Positions 58,858 through 64,000 of a stretch of DNA of 64,000 nt are shown in pieces. The stretch lies in NCBI GenBank assembly GCA_002269645.1, contig NIVC01001274.1, positions 204,408 to 268,407 on the forward strand, in the 5' to 3' direction. Under the pieces are notes generated by a model. That model searched no databases. It was not told where the DNA came from and worked only from the letters and a program-made list of their open reading frames with translations. The position numbers and the translations under genes are program-made. The DNA comes from Macrostomum lignano (Eukaryota). Every line of letters begins with the position of its first letter. Within the stretch, counting starts at the first letter, position 1.

Positions 58858-59669
58858 TACAAGCCGTATCTGTGTTAAATTTAATCTGGAGTGAAAGCAA
58901 TAAAACAAATCGAACACATTGTTTCAATAAAAATATCTACTCTACCGACAAACCATTTTAGTATACGGATTAACAAAATTTTTTTTGACGATACTCGTAA
59001 TTGAGTAGTTTTTTTTGTTTAGTTGATGCACAGCCATTCGAATCGATATAATTGGCTAATTGATTAATAAACCTGTATATTTATATTATAAAAAAGTTAG
59101 ATGTTTAGTACAATTAAAATTAAAGTTTTCCTCTTCGGTATGAAAATAAAGGGCTAGGGGTAACGGAGATATTAAAATAACGATTTATAAAACTTGGCAA
59201 TCTTCCATTTTTATTTTAAAGTAATTGTATGTCGTGTAATTTTGTTATGAACAGCTATTTAGTTATAACTGTTCTTTCGTCTCAGATTGCCAAGCCTGAA
59301 AAGTTTATGCTTGAGCTTTGAAAGGTAAGAGTACAGCAAAAACTTTTGTGCGAGCATATTTAACTCTTCAGTTTCGATAAATCCAAAGCAAGGTACACTA
59401 AAAAATTGGAACTTAATGGAAAGATGAAAAATTGTTTTCAAGTGGAGTCAACCTTCCAACATTAAGATTTTAATTCGGCGTTCTGTAGAATTTTTTCCAG
59501 TTTTACATACTTCAGAGAAGTGAGTTTAAAACAATAAAAAAATCATTTTTGTTAAAATTATCAATAAGTCTGAAACATGCAATCGTAAGCAAACTATAGA
59601 ATACAAAGTAGCAGTGAAGCAAAAAACAAACGTCAACAAATGTACTTTTAGCACTGCTGTCAATCAAAA

Positions 59670-62600
59670 TCAGTCTGTCTTCTCGCACAACAGCGCCGCT
59701 CCCATGTTGATCCAGAAGTCCTGCGGTTTGTCGCTCGGCAGAGGCACCGAGACAACAAAATTGGTGGAATGGCCTGCAAAGTATTATTATTTGTTATTTA
59801 GACAATCAAGACCATTTATCTACTAGAAGTAGTCTGTACCGAATGAAGCTATATTGTATTAAGCAAGCACTCACCGGTAGTGCTGAGCACACCAGCTCGG
59901 ACCTTGGTCTTGTACAGCGGCGAGATGTAGTGAGACGGATCGGGTGTGAAGTCCATCTTGGGCTGCATGTGCAGCATCGGTAGCACGTCAAGCATGACGT
60001 TGTGGTGCGACAGAGCGGCCTGTGTGTGATGAAATTGAGGAACTTCAATTGATGTCAGTCATCGAAATATCGAATCATACATCTTTCCAATGAGCCCCAA
60101 GCCAACTTCGGCCTTGGAATTTTTCACGGATACCTGGATTATTACGGTCCCTCACTACATGTACGCTCGTACTAGTATGAAATCGGGGTTAAGGAGTCAA
60201 TCTCTCTTAAAACCGTCTTCGAAAAATGCTTCCAAAAATCCAAGCAATTACGCCAATTTTTCACTCAAACTGAATTTTCATAGCTTTCAAAGCTTCAGAA
60301 ATGTTTATTAGCTTTCTTAAAGGCTCTCAAAATTGAGTTAATCATTGAAGTCTCACCCGCATGGTCTCGCAGTCAAACCGGAAGCCGTCAGTGAACAGTC
60401 CGTGCACCAGAACTCCATCCTCTGGCCGTTCGATCTCCTGATCCTGAGGAATCTCTTCGCCGAATCCCACAGTTTGCATCGCTTTGTTGACCTCCTCCTG
60501 GTCGCGGTAGACCGGCTTTACAATGAACTCGAACGACAAGTGATCGATAGGATAATTGTACTTCCTGGCGTAGTTCTGCAGGGTGCCAGTCAGGAAGCCT
60601 TGCGGGAAGAAAAAGCCAGGCAGCCAGAATGACTTCGGCATGCCCTGCGTCAGCCAGTAGTGCACGAACCAACAACGCAGGATCAGATCCTTGATCCAGT
60701 TGGACAGAGTCTTCAGACTGGGATACGCCACGTTGCTCCACAGCTTGGGCACCTGGTTGTTAATGAATGCCGTGTACACTGAGTCGAGCTCCTCCGACAT
60801 TACAACGAAACCTTTGATGGCCTTCTTCAGCTGCTCCAACGAGGTCTGGAAAAAACGGAATTATAAGCGGTAAAATTGCTTCCTAATGCGACTAAATCTG
60901 CTATAAAACTTACCCTGATGACCGTCAACAGTCGGTTGTAGCGGTCAATCTCCTGAGTAAGCACGGTTGTCAAAGAGTTAAGCCGACCCTGCGAGTCCTC
61001 TTCAAACAGCTCAGGCTTGGCCAGATCCAAGTCGATCTTGGTCATGATCTTGCCAAGAATACTGTCGGCCAGCTCGTAGACAATCTCATCGTTCGACTTG
61101 CCGCCACCTCCAGACGCCACTCGAGGTTGGATCTCTAGGATTACCTCCACCATTGAGCGCGTCTCCTCGATCTGTAGAGTCATTTTGGTTCATTTCAAGA
61201 TGCAAATTATGTTATAAATCAAACAATTTTACCCTCAGAAAGATGTCATCTTGTCTTAATACGGCACCAGCGTAATTCAGCTACTATTTTACCTGGTAAG
61301 CCAAGTTAGCATTAGAATGAAGCCCGAAAATCTCGGGATCTTCAATCAGCGGCAGTTGATCAACGTAGTCTTTGTAGTCCTGCAGCGTGGGCTGGTCAGG
61401 TGGGTAGTACACTCCCGATGGCGAGTACTTGTAGCCGGGCTCCAGCGTTTTCGGGTGGAAAAACTGCGTCAGGATGGTGCGCAGGCAGCGCTGATCCCAG
61501 TTGTCTGTGACTCGGCCTCCGTATGTGATCTGTTGGATTCCAAGTCAAATATGCTCGTAGTTATCATAATTAGAATAAATCTGATTCGCATACCTGAAAA
61601 ATATATCATCTAAAAGCAGAAAGTTTACCTCGCCAGTGATGTAAATGAGCGCATCCCAGGGAATCTCTCCCTCGGCGCAGAACATCTTCAAGTTGAGCAG
61701 AGCGCACTGCCTGTCGGAATCGTTGAATTCGTAGCGGATGTTCCAGCCGAGCGGCCCGAACTTCTTACGCTCGAGAATGATGCCATGGAAGAAGCAAATA
61801 CCAAATACGATCTTCTTCCAGTCCGTTCCGAGGATGTTAGTCTCGAATTCTTCAGGGCTCATTTCGGCGAATGCTCGTTTGATGTTGTTTCTAAGTCCCT
61901 TTGGAGGCTCGTTGGTGACTTTCACCGAGTTCTGCAGCACGGAAACTGGGAAAGCCTTGGCGGGCATTGAGCTGAGGAACAAGCGGAAGTCCTGGTTAAT
62001 GTCTTCTGGCTTCTCGGCCATATCCTTCACAATGTTCTCTAGCGACAACATCCAAGATGCGGCGAGATGGCAGTTCTGCAGGAAAACCCAGTCTCCCGAC
62101 TTGACCGCAGTGCTGATAAGCTTTTCAGCGACCACTCCCTGACCCTGACCCAGCGAAATAGCGCGGTACCTGTCGTCAAAGTTCTTTTCTTTGGCGAATC
62201 GCTGGAATGTATTCATTGGGTCGGAACCTGTGCTGAGTACAAAAACCAGCGGCGTTGTCTTGGACATGTCCGAGTAGAGAAGGTTAAGTTCGATCGATGG
62301 AGCCTCGACAAACTCTTTGCCGAGATTCTCCTTCACGAACTCGGTGATGGCTGGCACCACTTTCTGTTCCTGCAGCACCTTAATGAGCATCAGCTTCTGA
62401 AAGCTAGTCAACCGCTTGTCCCAGTGGCCACTGAAACGCTCAGCAACGCTTGGGTCGTCGCCGCGTGACTTGGCAATGTCTGCGTCAGAAGGCTCAGTCG
62501 GTGTTGGTCCGAAGCCGCTGAAGTCGGCCGGGTTCCCCTCGCCGGTGACCTCTCCAATGGTCACGCGAACCGGAGTTCGCAGCAGATCGGCCGTCAGGCT

Positions 62601-64000
62601 TCGGAAAATCGGGCTGAAGTCGGCCAGATCGATCACGTTCCGCCACACGGGATCGTTCATCCAAGTGATCTCTGCTGGTCGCCCGGGTCGCTTTTTCTCC
62701 ATGCCGCCCGCACCGCGCAGGAAGAAATTCCATTCTTCCGGACTGATGATCTTTGACTGCTTAAGAATCTCGATGCAGAGCAGGAAGCTGAAGACTAACT
62801 TGTCCTTCTCGAAGATTCCTCGAGCCACATTGTTGTAAGTGGAATTGGTGGTTGCGGCTAGCATAATCTGAATGCGCTGCTCCAGGTTGTCTGACTTCTC
62901 GCTGCTCTCAATGGTATTGTTAAATAGGTTCTTAAAGTACTTCAGCGAGAATTGGTACATCGGATCGATTTCAGCCATGTTGGCCACCACAAAGTACATG
63001 CATGAGCCGCGCTCTGCCACTGGAATGTACTTTGATCGAGCTGCGCTGATTTTCTGTTCAGTGATTTCTGCTTCCGCCAACTTTTTCGTGGTCTCAGCCG
63101 ATGTAATCTTTGAGTCGTTAAGCGTCTTGATTAGCTCTTCGTTATCTAGGATGTTGCCCTCGGACTCGTACAGCATCTTGAGAATGTTGTCTTCGATGGC
63201 CTTCAACTTAGCGCGCTCATTATTGATCTTGAGAATGAGCTCATTCCGCTGCTTCTCAAGGTCAGGTCGCTCCAAACGAGTGACCTCGCTGAGCAGCTGA
63301 TCCTCTAGACCCCTCGGTGTGACGGTGAAGTTGATGATGGTCACTTTGATGCAAACCTCGGGCAGGTAATGCGGATTCGATAGCTTGGAAGTCATGTAGA
63401 AAGCAAAGTTCTTGTCGTACTCAACATCTTTGTCACCAAGTCGAATGAGAAGCCGGCCGCCCGAGGTGTAGGTCTGCTTGAGCAGCACAGGCTCCAGCGC
63501 TGCATCAAGGCTCTCGCCTACATCCTCACAAAGAACTGGCATGCCTAGACGAATGGCATTCTCCAATGTGCGCAGGAAATTCGGGTCACTGAGTTTGATC
63601 ATCTGCAAGCCATTTCGAGACTCCTTGTTCTTAATCCAACGGTTGGCCTGTTCCTGCGGATCAATCATGAGGGCCAGCGACGGCCGCGCGTAACCAGTAT
63701 AGCATTCTCTGTTGACACTTGATCGCGCGGCAAGCCGTCCGTGTTCCATTGGCGCAGGGTGTACGGATTTCCCAGCACGTTGAACAAAGTGACATTCTCC
63801 GAAGTTGGTATCTTCAGCTCCAAACAGCGACTGACCCACATGTTGACCAGCTCGGCTCGGTATTCTGAAGTGAACGCACCGTAGTACGAGACGCAAGCAG
63901 CCCAATGAACACGTTTCCAACGACGTCGCCAATCTCTTTGTTGAAATTCTCGACCGTCACTTCCCAGCGCGGTCTTTTCATCCGCCAAAGGCAGTTGTCA
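59670..64000 (-). CDS. DNAH6: Axonemal dynein heavy chain, C-terminal part (stalk end, AAA5, AAA6, C-terminal domain); 5' part lies outside the window
   Basis: Exons >64000-61629, 61529-61293, 61171-60914, 60845-60357, 60019-59875 and 59773-59670. Motifs [110 protein letters not shown]. From recall these are closest to DNAH6. Apparent single-base indels at ~63975, ~63900 and 63671-63673. Confidence 0.88.

Noticed and set aside
61545-61628. ORF-track tail [11 protein letters not shown]... of the 795-aa dynein ORF, and its MATSLE... start
   Set aside because: The tail is intron read-through after the GT at 61628. The start is an out-of-frame artefact of the indel at 63671-63673.

Overview
Eukaryotic (animal) genomic DNA with GT-AG introns, GC-rich exons and AT-rich, transposon-laden introns. 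A free-living flatworm such as Macrostomum is my unverified guess from the style of the repeats and genes. The left ~51 kb is a tandem cluster of one spliced gene family encoding ~400-aa predicted secreted proteins: signal peptide + Cys-containing PAN/apple-like module + ALK/LTK-type glycine-rich domain, with no transmembrane or kinase part. It holds four intact copies (X at 230-3029, A at 6465-9913, B at 15389-28280, A' at 30912-33838), one copy with a 2-nt frameshift (B' at 44753-47997) and three decayed remnants. A/B and A'/B' are a head-to-head pair duplicated as a ~19-24 kb tandem segment, and the two copies were then invaded by different transposons. These include a full-length LOA/R1-like LINE with 13-bp TSD, a DD34D mariner, gypsy remnants and a solo LTR, nested P/THAP-like elements, and CAGTAG/TTAA elements. 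The right ~12 kb holds a 4-EF-hand gene, an uncharacterised C2H2/coiled-coil gene, several mini/microsatellites and the 3' part of an axonemal dynein heavy chain (DNAH6-like). Single-base frameshifts inside the conserved dynein suggest consensus errors, so all frameshift calls here are provisional. Exon coordinates were derived by hand from splice signals and reading-frame continuity.
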